From an uncultured delta proteobacterium (lineage in GTDB: Bacteria; Myxococcota_A; UBA9160; SMWR01): a stretch of 64,000 nt of DNA. How positions within the stretch are numbered: position 1 is the stretch's first letter; each line of letters starts with the position of its first letter. The stretch lies in contig CAWHTE010000007.1 in assembly GCA_963832165.1 (NCBI GenBank), positions 544,001 through 608,000 of the forward strand. Direction: 5' to 3'. Made by a program: the position numbers and the translations under genes. Shown piece by piece: positions 29,751 through 39,117 of this stretch. The notes beneath the pieces were generated by a model. The model was given only the letters and a program-made list of their open reading frames with translations. It was not told where the DNA came from and did no database searches.

Positions 29751-31287
29751 TCAGTCACCCGCTCCCACCGCGGTGAGATGCACCGCCACCTCGCGCTCGG
29801 GGTCGAGACCGAGCAGGGCATCGAGCTCGTCGTCGTAGTAGGCGGCGAGGTTGCGTGCGGTCAGCCCGAGCGCCTCGGCGCCCAGGTAGATGCGCTGCGC
29901 CGTGGCGCCCGCGTCGAGCAAGAGGTCGCGGTAGCTGCGCGCACCACCGCGCGCCGACGACTCGGCCACGCGAGCGACACCCACGATCGCGGCCGCCGCC
30001 TCGCCGGTCTGCTCCTGCCCGAGGCAGGTGCTCACGAGCGCGCGGTCCAGCTCGGCGCGGCGCAGTGGCGCGAGTCGGTGCGCGGCGGGCTCGTAGCGGT
30101 ACACGCCCGCGGACACGTCGGTGACGCGGTGCACCACCGCGTAGAGATCGAGTCCCGAGCTGCGGTGCAGCGCGGGGTTGTGCCGCGCGAGCGCGAGCAC
30201 TGCGAGCAGATCGGCGCGCGACAGCGCGCGGCTCTCGAACCGGCGCGTCGAGCGGCGCGTGCGGATCGCGGCGTGCACGGGCATCCGCGAATCGACGGCG
30301 CCCTTCGTCTCTGCGACTCGTGTCTCCGGCACCGGCGGCGGCGCACCCGTCTCGGCCGTGGAGCACGAGCTTGGTCGCCTCGTGGTAGCGCTCCGGAGCC
30401 GACATCCCGGGCGCAGCGGTTGCTCGTTCCACGAGCGCGTTCCCGCGCGCGGCGCCCGCCGCGGGCTCTGCTGCGCGCCCGACCAGGTGCACCGCGCACA
30501 CGGCTTCCGCGCGCCCATCGACACCGAGCAGTGCGTGGAGGCGGTCGTCCTCGAAGCGCCCGGGCGCTGCCTCGCCGAGTCCGAGCTCGCTCGCGGCGAG
30601 GCGCAGGTTCTCGCCGATGTGGCCCGCGTCGATCAGCGCATAGCGATAGCCGCGGTTCGCATAGCGCGCGCGGTAGCGCGCGAAGACGTTGGTGATCAGC
30701 ACCGCTGCGGCGGCGCGCGACGCATCGATCGGGTCGCCGATCGCGCGCGCCAGCTCCGCGGTGTACGAACCACTGCGCACGAGTACGAGCGCATGGGCAT
30801 CGACGTCGTAGTAGTAGATTCCCGGCGCGAGATCCGACACGCGCTCGACCACTGCGTAGAGCTCGCCCGCAAACAGTGCGCCGGCCGACGGCGCCGCGCG
30901 CAGCGAGCGGCCCGCTCCGCGCTGCGTCACGCCGTTGGCGAGGAACAGGATCCGCGCGAGCTGCTCGCGCGAGCACGGCTCGGGCGCGAACGCGCGCGCA
31001 GGTCGATGGCCGCGCGCCACCTCGAACAGCGCGCGGCCCGCCTCCCACGACGGCATCGCGAGCGGTTCTCGCGGGATTCCCGCGTATTCCTTGAACGGGG
31101 GGAGCTCGGCGCGCAGACCGGCCCGCACCACCGTGCCGACCGCTCCGAGCCGCGTGTTGCGCGTGGCGCGGTGGATCCCGAGTGCGGTCTGCGCGTCGGC
31201 CGTGCGCGCGGCGGCGGTGAGCCGCGGCACCAGCAGCGCGGTGGTGCCAGCCACGAAGTGCAGGAAGCCGCGGCGATCGGTGTCCAC
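29751..31287 (-). CDS. SagB/ThcOx-family (double nitroreductase domain) dehydrogenase with Tat-like signal; one frameshift near 30360
   Basis: DRRGFL; LRAAPSAGAL, RYANRGYRYALIDAGH; second domain RRSTRRF..SYRDLLLDAG is in ORF 29751..30524. Confidence 0.8.
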
Positions 31288-31316
31288 GTATCCAGCGTAC
31301 CGGGTACGATCGGGGG

Positions 31317-32673
31317 GTGATCGAAGCGCTCCGGCCGTTCGCGGAGGCGATCCGCGCGCGCGGCGGTCGCGCGATCGCCGTGGGCGGCGCCGTGCGCGAC
31401 CGGGAGCTCTCGCGGCTCGGCCGGCCGACCGGCGGCGGCAAGGATGTCGACGTGGAGGTGTTCGGGCTCACCGCACCCGAGCTCGAGGCGGTGCTGCGCG
31501 GTTTCGGCGAGGTGCACGCCTACGGGCGCTCGTTTCCGGTGATGCGGGTGCGCGGGCACGACATCGACTTCGTGCTGCCGCGGGGTGCACACGGCCCCGA
31601 CCCCGGGCTCGACTTCGCGGCCGCGGCGCGCGGGCGCGACCTCACGATCCACGCGATCGGGTACGACCTGATCACCGGGGAGACCCTCGACCCGCTCGGG
31701 GGTCGCGCCGACCTCGAGGCACGCGTGCTGCGCGCGGCCGACCCGCGCACGTTCGGGTCCGACCCGCTGCGCGGGCTGCGCGTGATGCAGGTCGCGGCGC
31801 GCTTCGAGCTGGACCCCAACGCGGAGCTCTTCGAGCTCTGCCGCGCGCTCGACCTCTCGGATCTGCCGGGCGAACGGCTGCGCGTGGAGTTCGACAAGCT
31901 GCTGCTGCGCGCGGAGCGCCCGAGCCGCGGCCTCGAGGTGCTGCGGCGCACCGACATGCTGCGCTTCTTTCCCGAGCTCGCCGCGCTCGTGGGCGTACCG
32001 CAGGACCCGAAGTGGCATCCGGAAGGAGACGTCTGGGTCCATACCGGGATGGCGATCGACGCCGCGGCTCGGCTGCGCGCGTCGACCCAGGGTCCCGCGG
32101 ACGCCCCCGCGTTGATGTACGCGGTGCTCTGCCACGACTTCGGCAAGCCCGCGGCAACGCACGAGAAAGACGGCCGCGTGCGCTCGTACGGCCACGAGCG
32201 CGGGGGGCTCGAGGCGACGCAGTGCTTCCTCGAGCGGCTGCGCGCGCCGCACGCGCTGGTCGCGCAGGTGCTCGCGCTCGTCGAGCACCACCGCGCGCCG
32301 GAACAGCTGCCGCGCGGCGGCGCGGGGGCCAGCGCATACCGCCGGCTGATGCGCCGGCTCAGTGACGCTCACGTGTCGCCCGAGCTGCTCGAGCTCGTGG
32401 CGCGCGCCGATCACTTCGGCCGGACGACGCGCGAGGCGCGCGAGCAGGTCTTCGCAGCGGGGCAGGACTTCCTGCGCGCGATTCGGGAGCTCGCGATTCC
32501 GGATGGGGGACCGCACGACGCTGTGTGGGGGCGTCATCTACTCAATCGCGGACTCGCGCCCGGGCCCGAATTCGCGCGCATCCTCGAGCGATGCCGCGAG
32601 GTGCAGGACGAGACAGGCGAGACCGATCCCGAGCGCGATCCTGCGCCTCGTACTCGACAGCTCGACCGACTAA
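31317..32673 (+). CDS. CCA tRNA nucleotidyltransferase/poly(A) polymerase family protein with HD domain; probable frameshift near the 3' end
   Basis: VGGAVRD, DVDVEV, RDLTIHA, DPLRGLR, WHPEGDVWVHT, CHDFGK; a natural end AILRLVLD lies in the frame that stops at 32673. Confidence 0.85.
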
Positions 32674-32805
32674 CAAGGTGGCAATCATTGCTTGCGCGCA
32701 TGGCAATCCTACGCGCCGCGACCGGTAATTCTGCGCTGCGAAATTTCTCGCGCTCGTCACGAGCGCGATGAGAAGCGACGAGAAGCCTTCTCGCGTGGCA
32801 TTGTG

Positions 32806-32845
32806 GTGACATCGGTCACCGCTTCGCGCTGGCATATCCGTTGCA
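32806..32845 (+). promoter_or_regulatory. Sigma-54 promoter with adjacent CRP-type box
   Basis: TGGCATATCCGTTGCA at 32830-32845 (GG-N10-GC); GTGA-N6-TCAC at 32806-32819. Confidence 0.65.
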
Positions 32846-32875
32846 CTTGCATGCGGGCTCAAATCGGGAGGATCG

Positions 32876-33088
32876 ATGCGCAACGACGAACTGCGGCATC
32901 GGGAGCATGATTCCCAGGTGAACGCTCCTCTGGAGCCCCTGGCGACACAGCAGCAGCGCGGCCCGTGGTCGGTAGGCCAGGGCCAGATCGTGATGGGCCC
33001 CAGCTTCTATGTCTGGGACGAGAGCCCGAAGCAAGCACGAGAGTGGGGCGTAGAGCTCGCCAACGCGTGGCTCGCTCGGCGTCGCTGA
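32876..33088 (+). CDS. Small hypothetical protein (70 aa)
   Basis: GGGAGG RBS 4 nt before the ATG, just after the predicted sigma-54 start; protein-like composition (SFYVWDESPKQAREWG). Confidence 0.55.
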   Translation: MRNDELRHREHDSQVNAPLEPLATQQQRGPWSVGQGQIVMGPSFYVWDESPKQAREWGVELANAWLARRR

Positions 33089-33171
33089 GCTCCCTCCCAC
33101 TCGTCATCACATCGTCATGAACCGGGGCGTCCTCGGGGCGGTCCATTCCGTCCGAGTTCGCTTCGAGTCAG

Positions 33172-34596
33172 ATGGGGGTTTTCGTGCGGCGATTGAGTGG
33201 AATGGACGCGGCGTTTCTCTATGCAGAGACGGGAGATGCGCCGCTGCACGTGATGGGCGCGCTGGTTCTGGAGTCGCTGGGCCGGGGCCCGCGCGAAGAT
33301 TTCAAACGCATTCGCGGGCAGATCGAGCGCCGGCTCGGCTCGCTGCCGATCTTTCGGCGCAAGCTGGTCGAGGTGCCGCTCGGGCTGGGCCGCCCCGTGT
33401 GGGCGGATGACCCCGCTTTCGATCTCGACGCTCACCTGCACCGGTCTGCGCTGCCCACGCCGGGCGGCGACGCGGAGCTCTTCGAGGAGATCGCGCGAAT
33501 CGCGGAGGTGCCGCTGCGCCGCGATCGCCCGCTCTGGGAGATGTGGGTGATCGAAGGGCTCGAGCGCCACCGTTTCGCGCTCGTGGCGAAGATCCACCAC
33601 TCCGCCGTCGATGGCATCGGCGGCGCGGCGTTGATGTGCGCGCTGCTGGATCCCGACCGAAACGTTCGCCCGGGAACCCCCCCGGAAGGCGAGCCCGAGC
33701 GTGAGCCAGTTCCTACGTCCGCGAGCCTGATCGCGGATGCTGCGCTCTCGCTCGGAGCTCGGCCTCTCCGCAGTGCGCTCCAGGTGCTGCGCAGCGCGGA
33801 GAGGAGTGCACGTCTGGCGTTCTCGAGCCTCACCCAGCGGGAGTCTCCGCTGCCCAGCGCTCCGCGCACTCGCCTCAACGGGCGCGTTACAGGTCGGCGC
33901 GCCGTAGCGCTGGGCAGCGTTCCGCTCGATGAGGTGAAGCGCGTCAAGAACGCCTATGCGGCCACCGTGAACCACGTCGTGCTCGCGGCCTGCGCGGGTG
34001 CGCTGCGCCGCTATCTGGGCGCCCACGGCGAGATTCCGCGTCAGCCGCTCGTGGCCGCGGTGCCGATGGCGCTCGCGGAGCGCGCGCCGGACGGGCTCGG
34101 GAATTCAGTCTCGGTGCTGCTCGTACGGCTGCCGGTGCATCTCGGCGACCCGCTCGAGCGCCTGACCGCGTCGCGCGAGGCGAGCCTCGAGGCGATGCGC
34201 TCGTTCGATCTGCTGGGCGGTCAGCTCAATGATTGGGTGGATTTGATCTCACCCACGCTGCTCTCGGGCGCGTCGCAGCTCTACACGCGGCTCGGTCTGT
34301 CGCAGAGCCTGCCCCCGGTCATCAACCTCGTGATGTCCAACGTGCCGGGTCCGACCATGCCGCTCTACTGCGCGGGCGCCAAGGTCACCGCGTGCCATCC
34401 GTTCGGTCCGATCTACGACGGCTGCGCGCTCAACCTCACGGTGATGAGCTACAACGGCAGCCTTGGGATCGGCGCGATCGGCTGCCCGGACGCGGTGCCC
34501 GAGATCGAGACGATCCCGCGCGCGTTCGAGGCGGCCGTGGATGAGCTGCTCCAGATCGCCGACGGCGTCTCGCCGTCCATTGCCGCGGCGTCGTAG
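33172..34596 (+). CDS. Wax ester synthase/diacylglycerol acyltransferase (WS/DGAT)
   Basis: LSGMDAAFLYAE, RPLWEMW, catalytic HHSAVDG, NLVMSNVPGP and LNLTVMSY. Confidence 0.93.
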   Translation: MGVFVRRLSGMDAAFLYAETGDAPLHVMGALVLESLGRGPREDFKRIRGQIERRLGSLPIFRRKLVEVPLGLGRPVWADDPAFDLDAHLHRSALPTPGGDAELFEEIARIAEVPLRRDRPLWEMWVIEGLERHRFALVAKIHHSAVDGIGGAALMCALLDPDRNVRPGTPPEGEPEREPVPTSASLIADAALSLGARPLRSALQVLRSAERSARLAFSSLTQRESPLPSAPRTRLNGRVTGRRAVALGSVPLDEVKRVKNAYAATVNHVVLAACAGALRRYLGAHGEIPRQPLVAAVPMALAERAPDGLGNSVSVLLVRLPVHLGDPLERLTASREASLEAMRSFDLLGGQLNDWVDLISPTLLSGASQLYTRLGLSQSLPPVINLVMSNVPGPTMPLYCAGAKVTACHPFGPIYDGCALNLTVMSYNGSLGIGAIGCPDAVPEIETIPRAFEAAVDELLQIADGVSPSIAAAS

Positions 34597-34613
34597 CGAG
34601 AGCGGCAGCCCGT

Positions 34614-36011
34614 TCAGCCCTTGTACGACTTCAACCGGTTGTACAGGGTCTTGAGGCTGATCCCCAAAATCTCGGCGGTGCGCTTCTTCTCCCCGTAATG
34701 GTCGAGCGTCGCGAGCGTGAGGATCCGCTCCACCTCCGCGTCCGACATCCCCACGCGGATCCCGAGATTCTCCGCCACATCCTTGGGCGCGGTGACCGTG
34801 CCCGCGAGCGAGATGCACTCGGCGTCGACGTCCGTCTCGGCCATGATGAACGCTCGTTCCACGACGTTCTTGAGCTCGCGCACGTTCCCGGGCCAGCTAT
34901 GGCGGCGCAGCCGCTCGCGCGCCGCGCGCGTGAGCTCCTTGTGCGTGCCCGCGCGGCGGTTGTGCTGAGCCAGGAAGAAATCCGCGAGCAGATCGAGATC
35001 TTCGTCGCGCGCCCGCAGCGGCGGCAGGTGGATCGGAAACACGAGCAGCCGGTACAGGAGATCCTCGCGCAGCGAGCCATCCTCCACGGCCGGGTGCGGG
35101 TCGCGATTCGTCGCCGCCACCACGCGCACGTCGGTCGCGATCAGGCCGCTCCCGCCCACGCGCTGCACCGTGCTGCTCTCGAGTGCGCGCAACAGCTTCA
35201 CCTGGAGGTCGAGCGGCATCTCGGTGATCTCGTCGAGGAACAGCGTGCCGCCGTTGGCGCGCTCGAAGCAGCCAGCACGCCGCTCGGTGGCGCCCGTGAA
35301 GCTCCCCTTCTCGTGCCCGAACAGCTCCGACTCGATCAGGTTCGGCGAGATCGCGCCGCAGTTCAGCGGCACGAACGGGCCATCGGAACGCTCCGACAAC
35401 TCGTGCAGCGTCTCGGCCACGAGCTCTTTGCCCGTACCGGTCTCGCCCGTCACGAGCACGGTGGCGCCCGTGCGTGCGACCTTGAGGATCTGGTCGTACA
35501 CCGCCTGCATCCCCGTCGAAGCGCCGATCAGGCGGCCGAAGCGCCCGAGCGATCGCAGCTCCTCGCGCAGCGCACCGACCTGCCCGCGCAGCCGCGCCGC
35601 GCGCTGGACATGCGCGAGCACCTTCTCGAGCCGCCGCATGTCGATCGGCTTGGTCAGGTAGTCGGTGGCACCACCGCGGATCGCGCGCACGGCCGTATCG
35701 ACGCTCGCGTGCCCGGTGATCAGCACGAGGTCCATCGCCGGCCGCTGCTCCATCAGCGGAAGCAGATCCAGCGAGTTGCCGTCGGGCAGCTGGAGGTCGG
35801 TCAGTAGAAGGTCGAAGTTCTCCTGCTCGAGGACCTGGCGCGCGGTCTCGAGGGAAGTGGCGGTGCGCGTTTCGAACCCCTGATGCTCGACCAGCGCCTG
35901 AAGGGCCTCGAGATGCGACGGCTCGTCGTCCACGAGCAGCGCGCGTGGAGCGACGTTGCGCGCATGTTGCGCTGAAATTGCTGAGGTATTCGGCGGGTCC
36001 TGCAACGTCAT
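34614..36011 (-). CDS. Sigma-54-dependent response regulator (NtrC family, REC-AAA+-HTH)
   Basis: LLVDDE, LTDLQLPD, GETGTGKE, ESELFGHEKGSFTGA, LFLDEI, WPGNVREL and a C-terminal Fis-type HTH. Confidence 0.95.
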   Translation of the reverse strand: MTLQDPPNTSAISAQHARNVAPRALLVDDEPSHLEALQALVEHQGFETRTATSLETARQVLEQENFDLLLTDLQLPDGNSLDLLPLMEQRPAMDLVLITGHASVDTAVRAIRGGATDYLTKPIDMRRLEKVLAHVQRAARLRGQVGALREELRSLGRFGRLIGASTGMQAVYDQILKVARTGATVLVTGETGTGKELVAETLHELSERSDGPFVPLNCGAISPNLIESELFGHEKGSFTGATERRAGCFERANGGTLFLDEITEMPLDLQVKLLRALESSTVQRVGGSGLIATDVRVVAATNRDPHPAVEDGSLREDLLYRLLVFPIHLPPLRARDEDLDLLADFFLAQHNRRAGTHKELTRAARERLRRHSWPGNVRELKNVVERAFIMAETDVDAECISLAGTVTAPKDVAENLGIRVGMSDAEVERILTLATLDHYGEKKRTAEILGISLKTLYNRLKSYKG

Positions 36012-36072
36012 GCCGGGTCCAGCTAAGCTCCTCGGGCGGCCGCGTGCAAGGCTCACGGCGGGGGAGGGCGCG

Positions 36073-37716
36073 ATGGTAGGCGCTGCGCGGCGCCTCAGCC
36101 GGCAGGCGAGATTCGAGCTCTGGCACTGGCCCATCCTCGCAGGGCTCGCCGCTGCCGTATTTTCGGTTCTCGTGAGTCACGCGCTCGCGATGCGCGAGCG
36201 CGAACAGTTCGCGTTGCTGGTCGAGACGAGTGCGCGCCGCGTGAGTGCGGAAGTCCGCGCCGAGCTCGATGCGCGCATGCACGCGCTCTCGATTCTCGCG
36301 CGCGAATGGCAGAAACGGCTGTTGCCGCGCCGCGGAGACTGGGAGTCGGACGTGCGGCTGGTGCTGTCACAGTCGCCCGGCCTCCATTCGATTGCGTGGG
36401 TCGACGCTTCGGGCGACCACAGCTGGACCTATCCGCTCGAGACGAAGCTGCCCGCGATCGATCTCAAGCGGCTGCGCGCGGACAGCGTCGCGCAGAGGCG
36501 CGCCGTGTTGATCCCGCCCGTGATGCCGCGCGACGGCGAGCCGCGCCTGCGCATCGTTGCTCCACTCGTCGACGGTGGAACGACGAGCGGCTGGCTCGCG
36601 GCCACCTATCAGAGCCGCGAGCTGTTCAAGGAGATCCTCGCGAGCCTCGACACCGCGTTCACGGTCGAGATCCGCGCGGGCGAGGTCGAGCTCTATCGCG
36701 ATCAGAGCACCTCGCGCGACGACCGGACCCATCCCGTGAGCCACGCCACGCTCGCGATGCCGGGCGGCGTCGAGCTCCAGGTCGGCGTGGAGCCGTCGGA
36801 CGAAATGATCGCGACTGCGCACTCGCTATTGCCGATCGCGACGCTCGCGGGCGGTCTCGCGCTGTCCGTGCTCGCTGCGATCGCGTTGTTCCTGCGCAAC
36901 GTGGCCGCTCAGCGCGCGGAGGCGCTCGAGGTGGAGATGGCGGGCCACACGCGCGCCGAGGCGGAGGTGCGCCGCCTGAACGCAGGGCTCGAGGAGCGCG
37001 TGCAAGAGCGCACGGCACAGCTCGAGCGCACGAACGGCGAGCTGCAGCGCTTCGCGTCGTTTCTCTCCCACGAGCTGCGCCAGCCGCTCGGTACGCAGAT
37101 GATCTGGATCGAGCTCCTCGAGGTGCAGGCCGCCGACGCGCTCGACGAGATCTCCCGGCGCAATCTCACGAACATCCGCGCGATGGCGGTCAAGATGGCC
37201 GACCTGATCTCGGCGCAGATCGCGGTCGTGGCCGAGCCCGCGGCGCAGGCGGTCACCGAGCGCGTGGATCTGGCCGCGGTGGTGCGCGAGGCGACCACCG
37301 AGCTCTCCCCTTCACTCGAGAGCATCGGCGCGAAGGTGTCGGTAGGGACGCTGCCGATCGTCTCCGGCGACGGCCGCCAGCTGACCCAGCTGTTCCGCAA
37401 CCTGCTCGAGAACGCGCTCAAGTACCGCCGCGAGGGCGTGCAGTGCGAGATCCGGATCGAGTCGCAGGCCGGTCGCGAGGGCGGCGTCGAGGTCCTCGTG
37501 GTCGACAACGGGCGCGGCTTCGCTGCCGAGGATGCGGAGCGCATCTTCGAGCCGCACGAGCGACTCGACGCCGCGACTGCCGAGGGCCAGGGCCTCGGGC
37601 TCGCGATCAGCCGGTCGATCGCGGAGCGGCACGGCGGGAAGCTCTCGGCCGAGGGTCGCCCCGGCGAGGGTGCGACGTTCCGGATCGCGCTGCCGGAAGA
37701 CCGGATCTACCGGTAA
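36073..37716 (+). CDS. Membrane sensor histidine kinase
   Basis: Two TM segments flank a periplasmic domain; H-box SHELRQPL, N-box NLLENALKY, DNGRG, GLGLAI; GGAGG RBS. Confidence 0.92.
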   Translation: MVGAARRLSRQARFELWHWPILAGLAAAVFSVLVSHALAMREREQFALLVETSARRVSAEVRAELDARMHALSILAREWQKRLLPRRGDWESDVRLVLSQSPGLHSIAWVDASGDHSWTYPLETKLPAIDLKRLRADSVAQRRAVLIPPVMPRDGEPRLRIVAPLVDGGTTSGWLAATYQSRELFKEILASLDTAFTVEIRAGEVELYRDQSTSRDDRTHPVSHATLAMPGGVELQVGVEPSDEMIATAHSLLPIATLAGGLALSVLAAIALFLRNVAAQRAEALEVEMAGHTRAEAEVRRLNAGLEERVQERTAQLERTNGELQRFASFLSHELRQPLGTQMIWIELLEVQAADALDEISRRNLTNIRAMAVKMADLISAQIAVVAEPAAQAVTERVDLAAVVREATTELSPSLESIGAKVSVGTLPIVSGDGRQLTQLFRNLLENALKYRREGVQCEIRIESQAGREGGVEVLVVDNGRGFAAEDAERIFEPHERLDAATAEGQGLGLAISRSIAERHGGKLSAEGRPGEGATFRIALPEDRIYR

Positions 37717-37804
37717 GAATTTCCTGCGAGCGACCTGCGGGTGGGCTCGAGAGGCGAGTTCGACGGCTCTCTGGCGCTCCAGACGCGCTCTCGTGCGTTT
37801 TTAC

Positions 37805-37846
37805 GTGATGCCCGTCACGTGAGCACGAGCTGGCACGCGGGTTGCA
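37805..37846 (+). promoter_or_regulatory. Sigma-54 promoter (consensus) with adjacent CRP-type box
   Basis: TGGCACGCGGGTTGCA at 37831-37846 is an exact TGGCACG-N4-TTGCA; GTGA-N6-TCAC at 37805-37818. Confidence 0.78.
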
Positions 37847-37889
37847 CTAACCCCCCATGAACTCGGATCTCCCTTTCCGAGAGGGTGGA

Positions 37890-37982
37890 ATGAATACGAT
37901 GGTCTGCGGAATCAATGCTCCGGTCGTGCTAGTCGCGAACCAAGTGCGGATGATTCCAGCCGACGAGGCCCACAAAACATAA
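37890..37982 (+). CDS. Candidate 30-aa small ORF MNTMVCGINAPVVLVANQVRMIPADEAHKT
   Basis: GAGGGTGG RBS-like sequence before ATG 37890, TAA at 37980-37982, just downstream of the sigma-54 promoter; below the ORF-track cutoff. Confidence 0.35.
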   Translation: MNTMVCGINAPVVLVANQVRMIPADEAHKT

Positions 37983-38044
37983 GGCCATAGGGCCCCGTCG
38001 ACGGGCCGGCGCGCGAAGCCCAACCACGCGCTGCCGACCTGAGC

Positions 38045-38100
38045 GGCCGGGGGCCCGTCTCCTGGATCCCCCCGATTTTTCAGGAGCCGGACCCCCGGCC
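38045..38100 (+). ncRNA. Long stem-loop, candidate part of a structured RNA or leader
   Basis: Arms 38045-38064 and 38081-38100 pair at 18 of 20 positions; loop GATCCCCCCGATTTTT. Confidence 0.35.
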
Positions 38101-38184
38101 AGACCTCGTACCCCCGGGTTCCACAGAAAGATGCACAGGAACCTCATCGACCGAGATGAGATCGGTCGAGAAAGGAGCCTAGTC

Positions 38185-38550
38185 ATGTCAGACCCGATGA
38201 TGAGCCGAGGCGAACCGCCGCGCTCGACAGAGAGCAAGAAGGGCACTGCGTTCGCGCTCGCCGGAATCGTGGGTATCGCCTTGCTGGCGCTACTTGCGAT
38301 AGCGATCACGCGTGAGGAAGGCGCGAGCCCGGACGAAATCGCCTTCGCTGACAAACCTTCGCAGAGCCGGATGGAAGAGTGCAACCAGTATGCGGCCCAG
38401 GTTGCACAAGATTCCGGCGCTATCGGTGGAGCCGCCTCGGTACGCGACGATGATCCGAATCTCGTCGGATTGTCCGATGAGAATCGTTACTCGGATGCGG
38501 CGCGAGTCGCGTACCGCGATTGCATGCTCGGGATTCAACACGATTCCTGA
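38185..38550 (+). CDS. Small single-pass membrane protein with a periplasmic Cys pair
   Basis: AAGGAG RBS; TM segment FALAGIVGIALLALLAIAI; ECNQYA..GAIGGAA..AYRDCM resembles glycine-zipper-associated proteins. Confidence 0.65.
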   Translation: MSDPMMSRGEPPRSTESKKGTAFALAGIVGIALLALLAIAITREEGASPDEIAFADKPSQSRMEECNQYAAQVAQDSGAIGGAASVRDDDPNLVGLSDENRYSDAARVAYRDCMLGIQHDS

Positions 38551-38570
38551 GAGGTCGGGACCACCACCCG

Positions 38571-38615
38571 GGGAGGAAGCTGGTCGGACGGGGCCAGCTT
38601 CCTCCCTTAATTTTT
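38571..38615 (+). terminator. Rho-independent terminator
   Basis: GGGAGGAAGCTGG..CCAGCTTCCTCCC 13-bp stem followed by TTAATTTTT, between convergent genes. Confidence 0.75.
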
Positions 38616-38631
38616 GGGTCTCGTGGTCGCT

Positions 38632-39018
38632 CTAGTACGACGAGTAGTTGTACGCGAACTCGCGGACCTTCTTCGCGTCGTCGTAGTAGATGACCAGCGT
38701 CAGTGTCCGCTGATTCTCATCGCCAGAGCTCGGGTCGGCGCTCAGCACGACGAGCGCTCCGCCGATCGAGCGCGTGGTGTCGAGTCGGTTGCTCGAGATC
38801 GCGTCGTAGGTCCACGTCTCGCGCCCTTGGGAGTCGTTGGAGACCTTGCTGGGCGGGCCTAGCGCCTCGGTCACGGCGCTCTGGTCCATGCCGGCCTTGA
38901 TCTCGCGCTGAACGGCACCCACGGGCGCCGTAGGAGGGTTCTCGGGCGGCGGAGACGGGCTCGCACACGCTGCGAACGCGAAGATCGCGGCCGCGCAGAC
39001 GACCCGATATCGCTCCAT
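38632..39018 (-). CDS. SmpA/OmlA (BamE-like) domain lipoprotein
   Basis: Lipobox FAAC; IKAGMDQSAVTEALGPP..ETWTYD..TLTLVIYYD..V; GGGAGG RBS. Confidence 0.7.
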   Translation of the reverse strand: MERYRVVCAAAIFAFAACASPSPPPENPPTAPVGAVQREIKAGMDQSAVTEALGPPSKVSNDSQGRETWTYDAISSNRLDTTRSIGGALVVLSADPSSGDENQRTLTLVIYYDDAKKVREFAYNYSSY

Positions 39019-39117
39019 CAGAGCCTCCCTTCTCGGAATTCTCGGAAGGACGCGAAGCACGTTGACCCGAGAATTATACCTGGGTGACACTCGCGATCCC
39101 CCGACGGGAGAGGATCG

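Noticed and set aside
29751..31287. RiPP (azole-containing peptide) biosynthetic cluster
   Set aside because: No YcaO, E1-like protein, precursor peptide or dedicated transporter nearby.
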